Positions 42,058 through 52,166 are shown, numbered from the stretch's first letter. The stretch: DNA of 64,000 nt from Calditrichia bacterium (GCA_963796965.1 CAWCNS010000007.1:96001-160000), one strand, 5' to 3'. The notes: generated by a model from the sequence alone, not told the origin. Numbers and translations are program-made.

Positions 42058-42105
42058 GTATATTATTATGAAAGTTGCTTTGCTGATAATAAAGGAATGA
42101 AGTAA

Positions 42106-42984
42106 ATGACAAATATTACAAAGGGCGCTTTGCTCTCCGGTCTCCTTTTGATCATAATGTATACCGTATGGACGGCTATGCTACAAAAACCGGAGCCCGG
42201 AAAGAAGATTAAAGTCTTTCTCCTTGCCGGACAGTCGAACATGGAGGGTCGGGCAGATGGTAATAAATTAAACCTCCAGGACCGGGAACGCCTTTCAAGA
42301 GCGCAGGAAAACGTCCAACTCGCTTTTAACAATAACCCCGTATGCCCGCTAAGGGTGGTCAAACCTTCAGGGGAAATTGCAGAGATATATAAACGAGAGC
42401 TCATCTTTGGTCCTGAATTGTTTTTTGGCATTGCGATATCCGAAGCCTGGCCGGTTGAGAATATACTGCTTATAAAACTTTCCGAAGGTGGTACTTCACT
42501 CCACGGGTGTTGGCATCCCGAATGGAGTGAAGACAAGGCTGCAGCCATGGGCGAAGAGCAGGAAACAAAACTGTATCCTGCGCTAATTGACTATGTCGAT
42601 CAAACTCTTTCAGAATATAATAAGGACGTGTATGAGATATGCGCTATGTTATGGGTCCAGGGAGAGAAGGACGCTGGAAACAAAATCGCAGCAGCAGCGT
42701 ATGGACGGAATCTTCAACAGTTCATTCGTCGTATCCGGCAAGATGTTGAGAACGACACGCTGCCATTTTTGCTTTTTCAGGTTGGCCATGGGAAAGTGGT
42801 TGAAGGAATGATACAGACTGCACAAATCGTCCCAAACGTCACGCTTATCCCACAAAGCCGGGAGCCGACGTCGGTAAACTTCTATCCGAGAATGGAAAAT
42901 GGCCATTATAACTACCAGGGTATGAAAAAACTCGGACACCGTTTCGCACAAGTTTACCTTAACTCGATTAATGATGCTAAATAA
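42106..42984 (+). CDS. Sialate O-acetylesterase / CE6-like SGNH carbohydrate esterase
   Basis: VFLLAGQSNMEG, FGPEL, GGTSL, WVQGEKD, C-terminal GHY. Confidence 0.85.
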   Translation: MTNITKGALLSGLLLIIMYTVWTAMLQKPEPGKKIKVFLLAGQSNMEGRADGNKLNLQDRERLSRAQENVQLAFNNNPVCPLRVVKPSGEIAEIYKRELIFGPELFFGIAISEAWPVENILLIKLSEGGTSLHGCWHPEWSEDKAAAMGEEQETKLYPALIDYVDQTLSEYNKDVYEICAMLWVQGEKDAGNKIAAAAYGRNLQQFIRRIRQDVENDTLPFLLFQVGHGKVVEGMIQTAQIVPNVTLIPQSREPTSVNFYPRMENGHYNYQGMKKLGHRFAQVYLNSINDAK

Positions 42985-43360
42985 CCCAAAAAAACTATGG
43001 GGGCATAAATTTAGAACTCTTCTATATGCGGATCTTTGAGAAATAAACGCCCTTTCCCGATTGCCCTGGAACCTAATTCTTTCTATATCGTTTAATGATA
43101 CTATATTCTCACCATCTTCTTCATGTTCTAAAAAGTTTCTCATGATCACTGTGAATACTTATTATATGTACGAACTACCACACGTTATTATAAATGTTTT
43201 GTGATAGTATTATCTATTTCAGATCTGACACTAACAAAAGTCTAATCATCGATCCTTTTTTACATAAACCATTCCTGAGGTTGATAAGTTGATTGATGCT
43301 GTCCAAAACATCCTGAGATTATGGGCATGGCATCAGGCAGTTTAACAGAGGAGGTACATT

Positions 43361-43846
43361 ATGATATTCAATATCATCATTTTGTTATTTGTTCTTTCTG
43401 TTGGGGGCTTTTCAGATAATCAGGGTAAAATAATTGGAAGGGTGGTTGACTCTGAGGACCAAAGTCCATTGGATGGGGCGATTGTTGAGGTACTACATAC
43501 AGATAAAAAAGTATTAACGGATGAGCAAGGTGAATTCGAGATAGGGGGAGTGCCGATAGGGGAGTATGATTTATTAATCAGGGCTGTCCGATACAGACCC
43601 CTGACATTAAAACGTGTTAGAGTGAATAGCGAAAGAGAAACATACCTGACGCTTAGGCCAGTAAAGTATGATCTTGAAAAGAGGCTAAAGGTCGAAGTGC
43701 CTAAATCACGTGATCTAACCATGAAATACCATATAAAAATTGTTAAACCCGGCGCGCTTAGAGACTGTAAGATATTGGTGGTTAAGCCGAATCCTGATAT
43801 CGATTATAAAATATTAATTTCAGAACCGATGAAGAAGGGTAAGTAA
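43361..43846 (+). CDS. Exported protein with carboxypeptidase-regulatory-like (prealbumin-like) domain
   Basis: GKIIGRVVDSEDQSPLDGAIV..TDEQGEFEIGGVPIGEY. Confidence 0.75.
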   Translation: MIFNIIILLFVLSVGGFSDNQGKIIGRVVDSEDQSPLDGAIVEVLHTDKKVLTDEQGEFEIGGVPIGEYDLLIRAVRYRPLTLKRVRVNSERETYLTLRPVKYDLEKRLKVEVPKSRDLTMKYHIKIVKPGALRDCKILVVKPNPDIDYKILISEPMKKGK

Positions 43847-44054
43847 TTATTGGTTAAGATTTTATTCTAAGGACATCGCTTTTTTTATCCTTCTTTTCCT
43901 GGTGGTTAACGCCGATCAGGTAATAAATGGTGACATCACTATTGAGACCCTCCCTTAATCAACTCCTCTTTAACCTTTCCGGTTTTCTATCTTTATAAAA
44001 TTTTAACTGCACTATTTAAAGAATTGAAGAAAAATAAAAAATAATTAAAAGTAT

Positions 44055-44113
44055 TTTGAAAGTGTTCGAAAATATATTATATTATTTCGTAAGTATTCGT
44101 AAACCTTTTGAAG
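44055..44113 (+). promoter_or_regulatory. Putative sigma70 promoter overlapped by TTYGWAR direct repeats (candidate DeoR-family operator)
   Basis: TTGAAA-N16-TATATT at 44056-44083. Repeats at 44055, 44065, 44086, 44096 and 44107. Confidence 0.5.
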
Positions 44114-44125
44114 ATATGTGAAAAA

Positions 44126-44896
44126 ATGATAGAACGTCACAGTAAAATACTGGAATTACTATTGTCTGGTACATCGCTCTCTGTACAAGAACTGAGTGAT
44201 AATCTTGAGGTCTCCCAGGTCACAATTCGCAGTGATCTGACACAATTAGAAAAAACGGGCCGTGTTATTCGCACACGGGGCGGGGCGATGTTGGCTGGTG
44301 AACGCGTACGTCAGGAATATTCGTTTTCAACCCGGCAGAAGATCAATGCTGGGGAGAAGTATAAGATCGGGCGATTAGCGGCTGGTCTTATCGGTACGTT
44401 TGATTCCATTTTGCTCGATTCCAGCACCACAGCTGTTGCAGTAGCGGCTGCTTTACGTGAGAGAGATGATCTGGAAGATGTAACAGTTGTGCCAACAGGA
44501 TTGTGGACTGCAATTGAAGTACTTGCTTCACCGACTATCAATGTACTCCTTGCTGGGGGGTATGTCCGGCATACAACCGGGTCGATAACAGGAATGCCTG
44601 CCAATGAGTTTCTTAAATCATTTAATTTCCAGAAGGCCTTTTTGGGGGCGGGTGGATTGTCACCTGACCAGGGTGCTTCCGATTCCCATTTATTAGAAGC
44701 GGAACTAAAAAGGTGTATTGTTGAGTATGCTGAAGAAGTAATCGTCGTCGCTGATAGTAGTAAATTTGGCAGAAAAGCCCTGGCTTCATACGCAACTTTG
44801 GACCAAATAAATAAGATAATCACAGATGGTAATGCCCCGGCTGAAATGCTGGAGGTTTTTCGCAATCAGGGAATTGAGGTTCTGATTGCAGAATAA
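44126..44896 (+). CDS. DeoR/GlpR family transcriptional regulator
   Basis: HTH SVQELS..VSQVTIRSDL..RTRGGA, LLDSSTT, VVADSSKF. Confidence 0.95.
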   Translation: MIERHSKILELLLSGTSLSVQELSDNLEVSQVTIRSDLTQLEKTGRVIRTRGGAMLAGERVRQEYSFSTRQKINAGEKYKIGRLAAGLIGTFDSILLDSSTTAVAVAAALRERDDLEDVTVVPTGLWTAIEVLASPTINVLLAGGYVRHTTGSITGMPANEFLKSFNFQKAFLGAGGLSPDQGASDSHLLEAELKRCIVEYAEEVIVVADSSKFGRKALASYATLDQINKIITDGNAPAEMLEVFRNQGIEVLIAE

Positions 44897-44912
44897 AAAT
44901 TGAGGTATAATA

Positions 44913-44939
44913 GTCATCCTGAAACAAGTTCAGGATGAC
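44913..44939. repeat. REP-like palindrome (GTCA..TGAC family)
   Basis: GTCATCCTGAA-ACAAG-TTCAGGATGAC. Confidence 0.85.
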
Positions 44940-44995
44940 GTTAATATCGAAAATAGCAAGTAGAATTTGAGAATATCCATTAATCAAAATTAAAT

Positions 44996-45664
44996 ATGAG
45001 CAATACAAACATAGTTGATATCATTGTTGATGAAGTAAAAAAAACACTTCAGACATCCTCTTTACCAGGGGCCGTTAGTGGAAAATATCCTCCTATACCC
45101 CTGGGTGTTTCCAATCGCCATATCCATCTCACCCGGGAAACCTTTTCAAAGTTATTCGGACAAAATGCTGAGTTTAAAAGCTACCGTCCACTTTATCAGC
45201 CAGGCGAGTTCGCTTCAGAACACCTTCTGACCATTATCGGATCAAAAATGCGCTCTATCCAGAACGTGCGTATCCTGGGACCATTACGTGATTATGATCA
45301 GGTTGAGCTCACATTAACCGATTCAATTTTTCTCGGTATCGATGCGCCTGTACAAAATTCTGGAAATTTAAAAGGGGCAGCGCCATTAACACTTGTGGGA
45401 CCAGCAGGATCAGTTTTCCTTCAGGAATGCGCCCTGGTGGCCAGTCGCCATATCCACATGACCAATGACCATGCCAGGCAATATGGTGTAAAAGAGGGTG
45501 ATTATTGCAGGGTTCGCATTAGTGGCTCAAAAGGTACGGTATTTGAAAATGTGCTGATTCGTATCAATGATAACTGGAAATTGCAAATCCATCTGGATAC
45601 GGATGATGCCAATGCTGCCAATGTGCGTAGTGATACTTTAGTTGAATTCATAAGTAAAATGTAG
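44996..45664 (+). CDS. pduL: PduL-type phosphotransacylase with N-terminal encapsulation peptide
   Basis: GVSNRHIHL, LYQPGEFA, VRILGP, RHIHM, HLDTDDANA. Confidence 0.95.
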   Translation: MSNTNIVDIIVDEVKKTLQTSSLPGAVSGKYPPIPLGVSNRHIHLTRETFSKLFGQNAEFKSYRPLYQPGEFASEHLLTIIGSKMRSIQNVRILGPLRDYDQVELTLTDSIFLGIDAPVQNSGNLKGAAPLTLVGPAGSVFLQECALVASRHIHMTNDHARQYGVKEGDYCRVRISGSKGTVFENVLIRINDNWKLQIHLDTDDANAANVRSDTLVEFISKM

Positions 45665-45670
45665 GGTGCT

Positions 45671-45958
45671 ATGAAATTTGGAAAAGTTGTCGGTCAGGTC
45701 GTCTCGACCCGTAAAGAAGAAAATATGCAAGGCTTAAAATTGTCTGTGGTTCGGTATCTTGATTATGAACTCAAGGAAACCCCGCATTCCACCGTGTGCA
45801 CGGACGCAGTAAAAGCAAAATCCGGCGATATCGTCCTGGTTTGCTCTTCCTCTTCAGCACGATTTACAAAAGTGACAAGAACAGCATGTACCGATAGCAC
45901 TATTGTTGGTGTTGTTGATACGGTTTCCAAAGGAAAGAAAGATTGGTTTCGAAAATAG
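45671..45958 (+). CDS. BMC pentamer (EutN/CcmL family)
   Basis: MKFGKVVGQVVSTRK, DAVKAKSGD, SSSAR, IVGVVD. Confidence 0.95.
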   Translation: MKFGKVVGQVVSTRKEENMQGLKLSVVRYLDYELKETPHSTVCTDAVKAKSGDIVLVCSSSSARFTKVTRTACTDSTIVGVVDTVSKGKKDWFRK

Positions 45959-46030
45959 TAACTGGTAATTAGGAATTAGGAATTTGGATTACGATATAGC
46001 GCTTCATTTTTAGGAGTTGGGTATTAAATA

Positions 46031-46327
46031 GTGGAAATAAATATTGAAAAAATAATACAGCTCGTCACAAAGCAGGTGGTGGAAGAACTACGGAGCAGTG
46101 GCGTAAAAATTACCTATAACTCAGGATCGGGAGTCAACCATCAGGCGTTGCGTACAAAAACAGAGACCATTGACATGAGTAAGTATAAAACACCTGTCCT
46201 GACTGAGAACCATATCCGCCGTTTGCATGAATTGACCGGGGAAGTAATCGTGCCAGAGGGGACTGTTATTACGCCGAAAGCAAGAGAAATGATTAAAGAT
46301 AAGAGAATAGAAATTCGTAATTCGTAA
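46031..46327 (+). CDS. Small BMC-associated hypothetical protein
   Basis: Encapsulation-peptide-like N-terminus (IEKIIQLVTKQVVEEL) and C-terminal VPEGTVITPKAREMI. Confidence 0.75.
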   Translation: MEINIEKIIQLVTKQVVEELRSSGVKITYNSGSGVNHQALRTKTETIDMSKYKTPVLTENHIRRLHELTGEVIVPEGTVITPKAREMIKDKRIEIRNS

Positions 46328-46388
46328 TTCGAAATTGGTGATTTGGGATTCGGAACTCGGAATTTGTAATTGGGAATTAGGGATTGAA
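46306..46388 (+). repeat. Heptamer tandem repeat (AATTCGT/AATTGGG)
   Basis: AATTCGT AATTCGT AATTCGA AATTGGT GATTTGG GATTCGG AACTCGG AATTTGT AATTGGG AATTAGG. Confidence 0.8.
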
Positions 46389-46589
46389 TAACAAAAATAA
46401 AGAGACCAAACTTTTATACCTAAGGAAATAAAATAATATATACGCAGAATATCTAATGCACAGAAGAAGATATGAATTATAAAATTCTTTCCCTGCGGAC
46501 TCTGCGTCTTTGCGTCTCTGCGTGAAAATAGAAGTCTGGTTTATTTGAAATAATACAGTAAAACTAAAAGTAAATAAAGGAGTGATCTA

Positions 46590-46868
46590 ATGGCAAAACA
46601 TGCATTAGGATTTGTAGAAACACGTGGTAATACCGGTAGCCTTCTGGCTATTGATGCCATGATTAAAACCGCTGGTGTTGAATTGGTGAAAAAAGTAGAG
46701 ATCGGTGGTGGTTACGTAACTGCTATCGTACGTGGAGAAGTTGGCGCTGTCAAATCATCTATTGAGGCCGGTGCCGAATCTGCGGCAAGGGTAGGCGAGT
46801 TGGTTTGTACAAATGTCATTCCATCAGCACATGATGATGTTTTTGGTTTAATTGGAATAAAAAAGTAA
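46590..46868 (+). CDS. BMC hexamer shell protein
   Basis: ALGFVETRG..IDAMIKTA, IGGGYVTAIVRGEVGAVK, VIPSAH. Confidence 0.95.
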   Translation: MAKHALGFVETRGNTGSLLAIDAMIKTAGVELVKKVEIGGGYVTAIVRGEVGAVKSSIEAGAESAARVGELVCTNVIPSAHDDVFGLIGIKK

Positions 46869-46883
46869 GTGGAGGATAAATCA

Positions 46884-47174
46884 ATGCAAGAAGCATTAGG
46901 AGTAATTGAAACATTGGGATTTTCAACAGCAATCGAAGCGGCCGATGCATGTGTAAAAGCAGCTAATGTCCGCCTTGGTGAGTGGCTCAAAGTGGGTGGC
47001 GGTAAAGTAAATATTATTTTGAGAGGTGATGTGGCAGCTGTAAAGGCAGCGGTGGAAGCCGGTGTGGCCTCTGCCAGCCAGGTAGGAGAAGTGAAGGGAG
47101 AGACTATTATTCCCAGACCGTCTCCAAAACTTTCACCTACATTTCCGATTGATATAAAAAAAGCAACCAAATAA
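46884..47174 (+). CDS. BMC hexamer shell protein
   Basis: ALGVIETLG..ADACVKAA, VGGG, RGDVAAVKAAV, IIPRP. Confidence 0.95.
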   Translation: MQEALGVIETLGFSTAIEAADACVKAANVRLGEWLKVGGGKVNIILRGDVAAVKAAVEAGVASASQVGEVKGETIIPRPSPKLSPTFPIDIKKATK

Positions 47175-47192
47175 TAAACGATAGAGGTTAAT

Positions 47193-48623
47193 GTGGATCT
47201 GTCAAATACTCAGATACAAGATATCGTAGAACGTGTGGTAAAAGACATCTTGTCTGATGATATACCTTCTGGTGTCACACCTGAAAAAAAGGGTAAAGGT
47301 AACTGGGGCGTTTTCAATTGTATGCATGAAGCCATTGCCGCAGCACACGATGCCTATTTAGAATATAGCGACAGATGTGATATCCAATGCCGCAAAAAGT
47401 TTACCGATGCCGTACGGCAAATGACGCTTGATCATAAAGAAGAGTTTTCCCGTATGACTGTTGAAGAGACAAAAATGGGCAGGGTAGAGCACAAAATTCT
47501 AAAACATATCAATACGGCTAAGAATAGTCCCGGTGTAGAATTTCTTAAACCGGAAGCCTGGTCAGGAAAAAACGGTTTGGCTTTGGATGAATGGTCACCT
47601 TATGGCGTTATTGGTAATATTTCACCCAGCACACATCCCGGTCCGACAATGATTAATAATATTATCATACAATTGGCAGCGGGAAATACGATAGCTTTCA
47701 ATCCACATCCTTCGGCTAAAAAATTAAATGCCCATGTAATCCAGCTGGCAAACAAATATATGGTTGAAGCCGGTGCACCTGAAAATCTGGTTACCTGTGT
47801 GGCCGAGCCGACATTAGAGACGGCAGAAATATTGTTTTCTCATCCTGATGTGGAATTGCTATCAGTAACGGGCGGTCCGTTTATGGTAGATATGGCGATG
47901 AAATACCCAAAAAAGATCATTGCTGCCGGCCCTGGGAATCCCCCCGTATTGGTTGATGAAACAGCCGACCTAAAATTAGCTGCGGAGGAGATAACCCTAA
48001 GTTCAAGTTATGATAACAATATTTTATGCATTGCTGAAAAAGAGATTTTTGTCGTTGAGAGTGTTTTTGAAGATTTTATGAAAGCATTTGAGGCTGCGGG
48101 AAATGTCCGGCTATCCCCGCAGCAAATGAATCAGCTGACTGATAAGGCGTTAACTTTGGAGGGTAAGCATTATCTGATTCATCGCGATTATGTGGGTCGG
48201 AATGCAAATGTACTTGCAAAGGCAATTGGTTTGAACCTTTCTGAGAAGGTCCCTCTTCTTTTTGGAGAAACAGAAAGGAACCATCCCTGGGTTGTGGCGG
48301 AACAGATGACTTCATGTATTCCCGTTGTTAAAGTGAGAAACTTTGAAGATGGTTTGCTGGCAGCACAAAAAGCAGAGCATCGGTTTAAGCATACAGCAAG
48401 TATATTTACAAATGATATGAAGCGGGCTACAAAATACACGAAGGCGTTAGACTGTGATATTCATGTGATTAATGGCGGGACGCTACGTGGAGATGGCGGA
48501 GATTTAGGTGAAGGCTATTTTTCCCATACGGTTGCAACGCCAACCGGTGAGGGGATTTGCACCCCATTGGATTTTTGTCGTAAGCGCCGGATCATGATCT
48601 CGGGTTCCATGCGCTTCGCCTAA
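47193..48623 (+). CDS. CoA-acylating aldehyde dehydrogenase (EutE/PduP-like) with N-terminal encapsulation peptide
   Basis: PYGVIG..PSTHP, VTGGP, AGPGNPP, catalytic Cys in DNNILCIAEKE, PTGEG. Confidence 0.95.
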   Translation: MDLSNTQIQDIVERVVKDILSDDIPSGVTPEKKGKGNWGVFNCMHEAIAAAHDAYLEYSDRCDIQCRKKFTDAVRQMTLDHKEEFSRMTVEETKMGRVEHKILKHINTAKNSPGVEFLKPEAWSGKNGLALDEWSPYGVIGNISPSTHPGPTMINNIIIQLAAGNTIAFNPHPSAKKLNAHVIQLANKYMVEAGAPENLVTCVAEPTLETAEILFSHPDVELLSVTGGPFMVDMAMKYPKKIIAAGPGNPPVLVDETADLKLAAEEITLSSSYDNNILCIAEKEIFVVESVFEDFMKAFEAAGNVRLSPQQMNQLTDKALTLEGKHYLIHRDYVGRNANVLAKAIGLNLSEKVPLLFGETERNHPWVVAEQMTSCIPVVKVRNFEDGLLAAQKAEHRFKHTASIFTNDMKRATKYTKALDCDIHVINGGTLRGDGGDLGEGYFSHTVATPTGEGICTPLDFCRKRRIMISGSMRFA

Positions 48624-48634
48624 GTGGATGTATG

Positions 48635-48806
48635 TCTCGCGCAGCGGCGCTACGACGCAACTCTTAGAAAAAAAGACAAAATAAATAAGAAAATAATGAA
48701 ATATGCAGTCCATGTATATAATAAGTCTTTTTAATTAATTTGTGAATTTCGTATAAATCTGTGTAATTAGTCAAAATAATCGTTGCGGCGTTGCGTCGCT
48801 GCGAGA
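48635..48806. repeat. Intergenic inverted-repeat element, family B
   Basis: TCTCGCGCAGCGGCGCTACGACGCAAC ... GTTGCGGCGTTGCGTCGCTGCGAGA. Confidence 0.85.
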
Positions 48807-48845
48807 ACATGACTAATCAATTAAGAAAACTTTTAGGAGATAGAA

Positions 48846-49121
48846 ATGGCTGAAGTGAAAGCAATAGGTATTTTAGAAACCAACGGTTTTGCCCCTCTGA
48901 TTGAAGGAGCAGATGCTGCCGTTAAAGCAGCAAGTGTCGATGTCGTGGAGTGGCGCCAGGTGGGTAGTGGATATGTTTCCTTCGTGGTTGAAGGAGAAGT
49001 GTCCGCCGTGCGGTCTGCAATTGATGCGGCCAAAGAATCAGCGGCAAAAGTTGGCGAAGTTGTATCTGATCTTGTTATCCCCAGACCGGTTGATGAACTA
49101 AAAACGACTTTTAATAATTAA
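48846..49121 (+). CDS. BMC hexamer shell protein
   Basis: AIGILETNG..ADAAVKAA, VGSG, GEVSAVRSA, VIPRP. Confidence 0.95.
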   Translation: MAEVKAIGILETNGFAPLIEGADAAVKAASVDVVEWRQVGSGYVSFVVEGEVSAVRSAIDAAKESAAKVGEVVSDLVIPRPVDELKTTFNN

Positions 49122-49135
49122 TCTTAGAGGAAATT

Positions 49136-49411
49136 ATGATATTCGCCAAAGTTGTTGGCACTGTCGTATCAAGCCAAAAAGATGAGAATCTGAGAGGGAA
49201 GAAGTTGCTTCTTTGTAAGGAAGTGGATTATTCCGGTAATCCCATTGGTTCGTATCATGTGGCTGTCGACGCAGTGAAGGCTGGAGAGGGGTCATTTGTC
49301 CTGCTGAGCTATGGATCTTCTGCACGTATGACCGAAGTAACACAAAAGGCGCCCATCGATGCGGTGGTAATGGCTATTGTCGATGATCTGCAGATTACCG
49401 AAAAGATTTAA
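49136..49411 (+). CDS. BMC pentamer (EutN/CcmL family)
   Basis: MIFAKVVGTVVSSQK, AVDAVKAGEG, GSSAR, PIDAVVMAIVD. Confidence 0.95.
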   Translation: MIFAKVVGTVVSSQKDENLRGKKLLLCKEVDYSGNPIGSYHVAVDAVKAGEGSFVLLSYGSSARMTEVTQKAPIDAVVMAIVDDLQITEKI

Positions 49412-49447
49412 CGGGTAGGCTGGTTCGCCTATTAATGAAGAGGAAGT

Positions 49448-49711
49448 ATGAAAACAGGTAAGATAATCGGAAATGTTTGGTCAGATAAAAAAGTCCCCCA
49501 GTTAAAAGGGTGCCGGTTACATATTGTTCACCCAGTAAACAGTTCCGGTGAGAAGGTCGACAGACCCCTTGTTGTTGCGGATCCTTGTAATTTGGCCGGT
49601 TCCGGTGATCTGGTTGTTTATGTGACAGGTACAGATGCCGCGCAAGCTTTTCCAGGAGGCAGAGCACCCGTCAATGCTTCTGTTGTCAAATTAGTAGATT
49701 CTATTGATTAA
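49448..49711 (+). CDS. BMC pentamer (EutN/CcmL family)
   Basis: MKTGKIIGNVWSDKK, VVAD..AGSGD, PVNASVVKLVD. Confidence 0.9.
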   Translation: MKTGKIIGNVWSDKKVPQLKGCRLHIVHPVNSSGEKVDRPLVVADPCNLAGSGDLVVYVTGTDAAQAFPGGRAPVNASVVKLVDSID

Positions 49712-49720
49712 GGATTTGTT

Positions 49721-49996
49721 ATGTTCTTAGCACGCGTAAAAAAGATTATCACCTCTACAGCCAAACACCCCGCATATAATAGCAAACGGGTCTTTGTTGT
49801 TCAGCGTGTATCCCCTGATGGGACGGAAAATGGTGCAGAAGAAGTAGCCATTGATTATGTGGGATCGGGAATTGATGATATTGTTGTCTGTGGAGGGGCC
49901 CCGGGTGTAGCGCAGGAAATCTTTGACTTGAAAGAGGCGCCTATCAGGACTTTGATAATGGCAATTGTGGATAAAATTGATTACAAGCACGATTAA
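49721..49996 (+). CDS. BMC pentamer (EutN/CcmL family)
   Basis: MFLARVKKIITSTAKH, VAIDYVGSGIDD, PIRTLIMAIVD. Confidence 0.9.
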   Translation: MFLARVKKIITSTAKHPAYNSKRVFVVQRVSPDGTENGAEEVAIDYVGSGIDDIVVCGGAPGVAQEIFDLKEAPIRTLIMAIVDKIDYKHD

Positions 49997-50016
49997 AATA
50001 TGTGTGGAAAATGATT

Positions 50017-50177
50017 TCTCGCAGAGACGCAGAGTAACACAATGCTTAGTACAAAATAGCTAATACAAAAGACAAAATATATGGACTACATCTTAGTATA
50101 GTTATAATAAAAATATTATTTATTTTGTATCTTGTATTTTTTATTTATTTCCCCTGCGTCTTGGCGTCTCTGCGAGA
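50017..50177. repeat. Intergenic inverted-repeat element, family B
   Basis: TCTCGCAGAGACGCAGAG ... CTGCGTCTTGGCGTCTCTGCGAGA. Confidence 0.85.
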
Positions 50178-50245
50178 GATATTCGGTTGAAGTTTAGTGG
50201 AATTCTTAATATTTCAAAGTAAAGTGCAGAAAAAAAATTAAAGAT

Positions 50246-51544
50246 ATGACTATAAATGAAATTATAAATAATGGTATCGTCGGCGCAGGTGGGGCAGGAT
50301 TTCCTGCTGCGGTAAAATTAGATTCTAGGCCAGATACCTTGATTATGAATGCAGCGGAATGCGAACCGCTTCTTCACAAGGATATGGAAATATTAAGACA
50401 CCATAGTGATGATGTGCTTGCCGGATTCCGTGCTGCCATGGCAATAACCCAGGCCCGTCAGGGCATTATCGGTATTAAGAAAAAAAATACGGATGTAATC
50501 CAGTTATTAGAAAACAAGCAAAGTAAAGATATCCAAGTAGAATTAATGGGAGATTTTTATCCTGCCGGGGATGAAATTACACTTATCCATCAGGTAACAG
50601 GTAGGGTTGTTCAGCCCGGAGAATTACCCATCACAGTAGGTTGTGTGGTTCAAAATGTTGAGACTTTGCTAAATATAGGACTTGGAAAACCCGTTGTTGA
50701 TAAATTTATTTCTGTTGCAGGAGCGATAAGCGAACCCGCCACTATAAAAGTTCCAATTGGTGTTACCTATCATGAAGTCCTTTCTCATTTTAATATAACC
50801 ACAAATAATTATGTTGTTCGTTCCGGTGGGTTAATGATGGGCGAACTAATAAAAGACCTTGATAGGGTCGTAACAAAGACAACAGGTGCTTTAATTGTAC
50901 TTCCCTCAGATCATCATTGTGTAACCATGTATGAGCGATATGCAACCGAGCACGATACAGACCGTATTGCTAAAGCAAGTTGTGATCAATGTAATTATTG
51001 TACGGAATTTTGTCCCCGATATCTCCTGGGACAACCTGTAAGGCCGGAAACAGCCATGCGCAACCGCATGTTTTCGAGAGAAGGAGAACCTTTTGTTGAT
51101 CTGGGCAGTGCCTTCTGTTGTGAATGTAATCTATGTACGCTTTATGCCTGTCCGGAGGGTCTTGATCCCAAAGGGGCTACCGTTATTGAAAAAAGACTTT
51201 TAAAAGAGCAGAATTTACACTGGGAAGGCCTGCCGGTTAAACCGCATCCAATGATGGAATATCGAAAAGTCCCTACAAAAAAACTAATGCAGCGTCTGGA
51301 TATAACTAAGTATAAAGATGCCGGTCCGATGAGGACAATTGATCTCAATCCTGCTTCTGTCCGAATTCCTCTCAACCAACATATTGGGGCAAAAGCAATA
51401 CCCGTAATTAATATTAATGAGCAGGTTAAAAAATACGATTTGATTGCAAAAGCAGATGGCAAGATCTCATCTAATATTCATGCTTCAATAGATGGAAGAA
51501 TTAGTCAGATCACAGAAAATAAAATAGAGATAAAGAGGACATAA
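50246..51544 (+). CDS. pduS: PduS-like (RnfC-related) flavin/Fe-S oxidoreductase
   Basis: GIVGAGGAGFP, NAAECEPLL, YPAGDE, CDQCNYCTEFCP, CCECNLCTLYACP, QHIGA, IHASIDG. Confidence 0.9.
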   Translation: MTINEIINNGIVGAGGAGFPAAVKLDSRPDTLIMNAAECEPLLHKDMEILRHHSDDVLAGFRAAMAITQARQGIIGIKKKNTDVIQLLENKQSKDIQVELMGDFYPAGDEITLIHQVTGRVVQPGELPITVGCVVQNVETLLNIGLGKPVVDKFISVAGAISEPATIKVPIGVTYHEVLSHFNITTNNYVVRSGGLMMGELIKDLDRVVTKTTGALIVLPSDHHCVTMYERYATEHDTDRIAKASCDQCNYCTEFCPRYLLGQPVRPETAMRNRMFSREGEPFVDLGSAFCCECNLCTLYACPEGLDPKGATVIEKRLLKEQNLHWEGLPVKPHPMMEYRKVPTKKLMQRLDITKYKDAGPMRTIDLNPASVRIPLNQHIGAKAIPVININEQVKKYDLIAKADGKISSNIHASIDGRISQITENKIEIKRT

Positions 51545-52107
51545 TGGACGATAAAAATTCGATAGGGATCATTGAATTAGCCAGTATTTTTAAAGGATTC
51601 GAAGTCCAGGATGCTGTCCTTAAATATGCCAATGTTGAAAAGATGATTGCCCGTACGATTTGCTCTGGTAAATACCTTATTCTTGTAAGGGGTGGCGTGT
51701 CAGATGTTGAAGCATGTCTTGAGATCGCTAATGAAAAGGGTGGATTCGCCATCGTGAGCGCGACAATAATTCCGCGAATTGATCCGCGTGTATTTCCTGC
51801 GATTACAGGACCAACAACAATTCAGATAGAGCGACCGGTTGATGGAATGCTGGTAATCGAAACTTTTTCTGTGGCTGCGGCCATCAAAGCAGCCGATTTT
51901 GCAGTCAAGGAGGCAGATCTCGAGATTAATCGTATTCATGTTGCCATGGCAATTGGTGGTAAAGGATATGTGGTGATCACTGGTAATATGGATGCACTTA
52001 AATCTGCTGTGGAACCCGCCATCGCCTATACGAAAGAAGAAGGCATGTTAGCAGGTTACACGCTTATAGATAATCCGCATGAGGATTTATTAAAAGAATT
52101 AATATAA
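51544..52107 (+). CDS. pduT: PduT-like BMC trimer shell protein
   Basis: Tandem BMC domains, ICSGKY (Fe-S-ligating Cys position), IGGKGYV. It abuts pduS. Confidence 0.9.
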   Translation: MDDKNSIGIIELASIFKGFEVQDAVLKYANVEKMIARTICSGKYLILVRGGVSDVEACLEIANEKGGFAIVSATIIPRIDPRVFPAITGPTTIQIERPVDGMLVIETFSVAAAIKAADFAVKEADLEINRIHVAMAIGGKGYVVITGNMDALKSAVEPAIAYTKEEGMLAGYTLIDNPHEDLLKELI

Positions 52108-52166
52108 GATTTTCTTAACGCTGAGCCCGTTGAGAACGCAGAGATATGTTGCAAATGGAGAATCGA

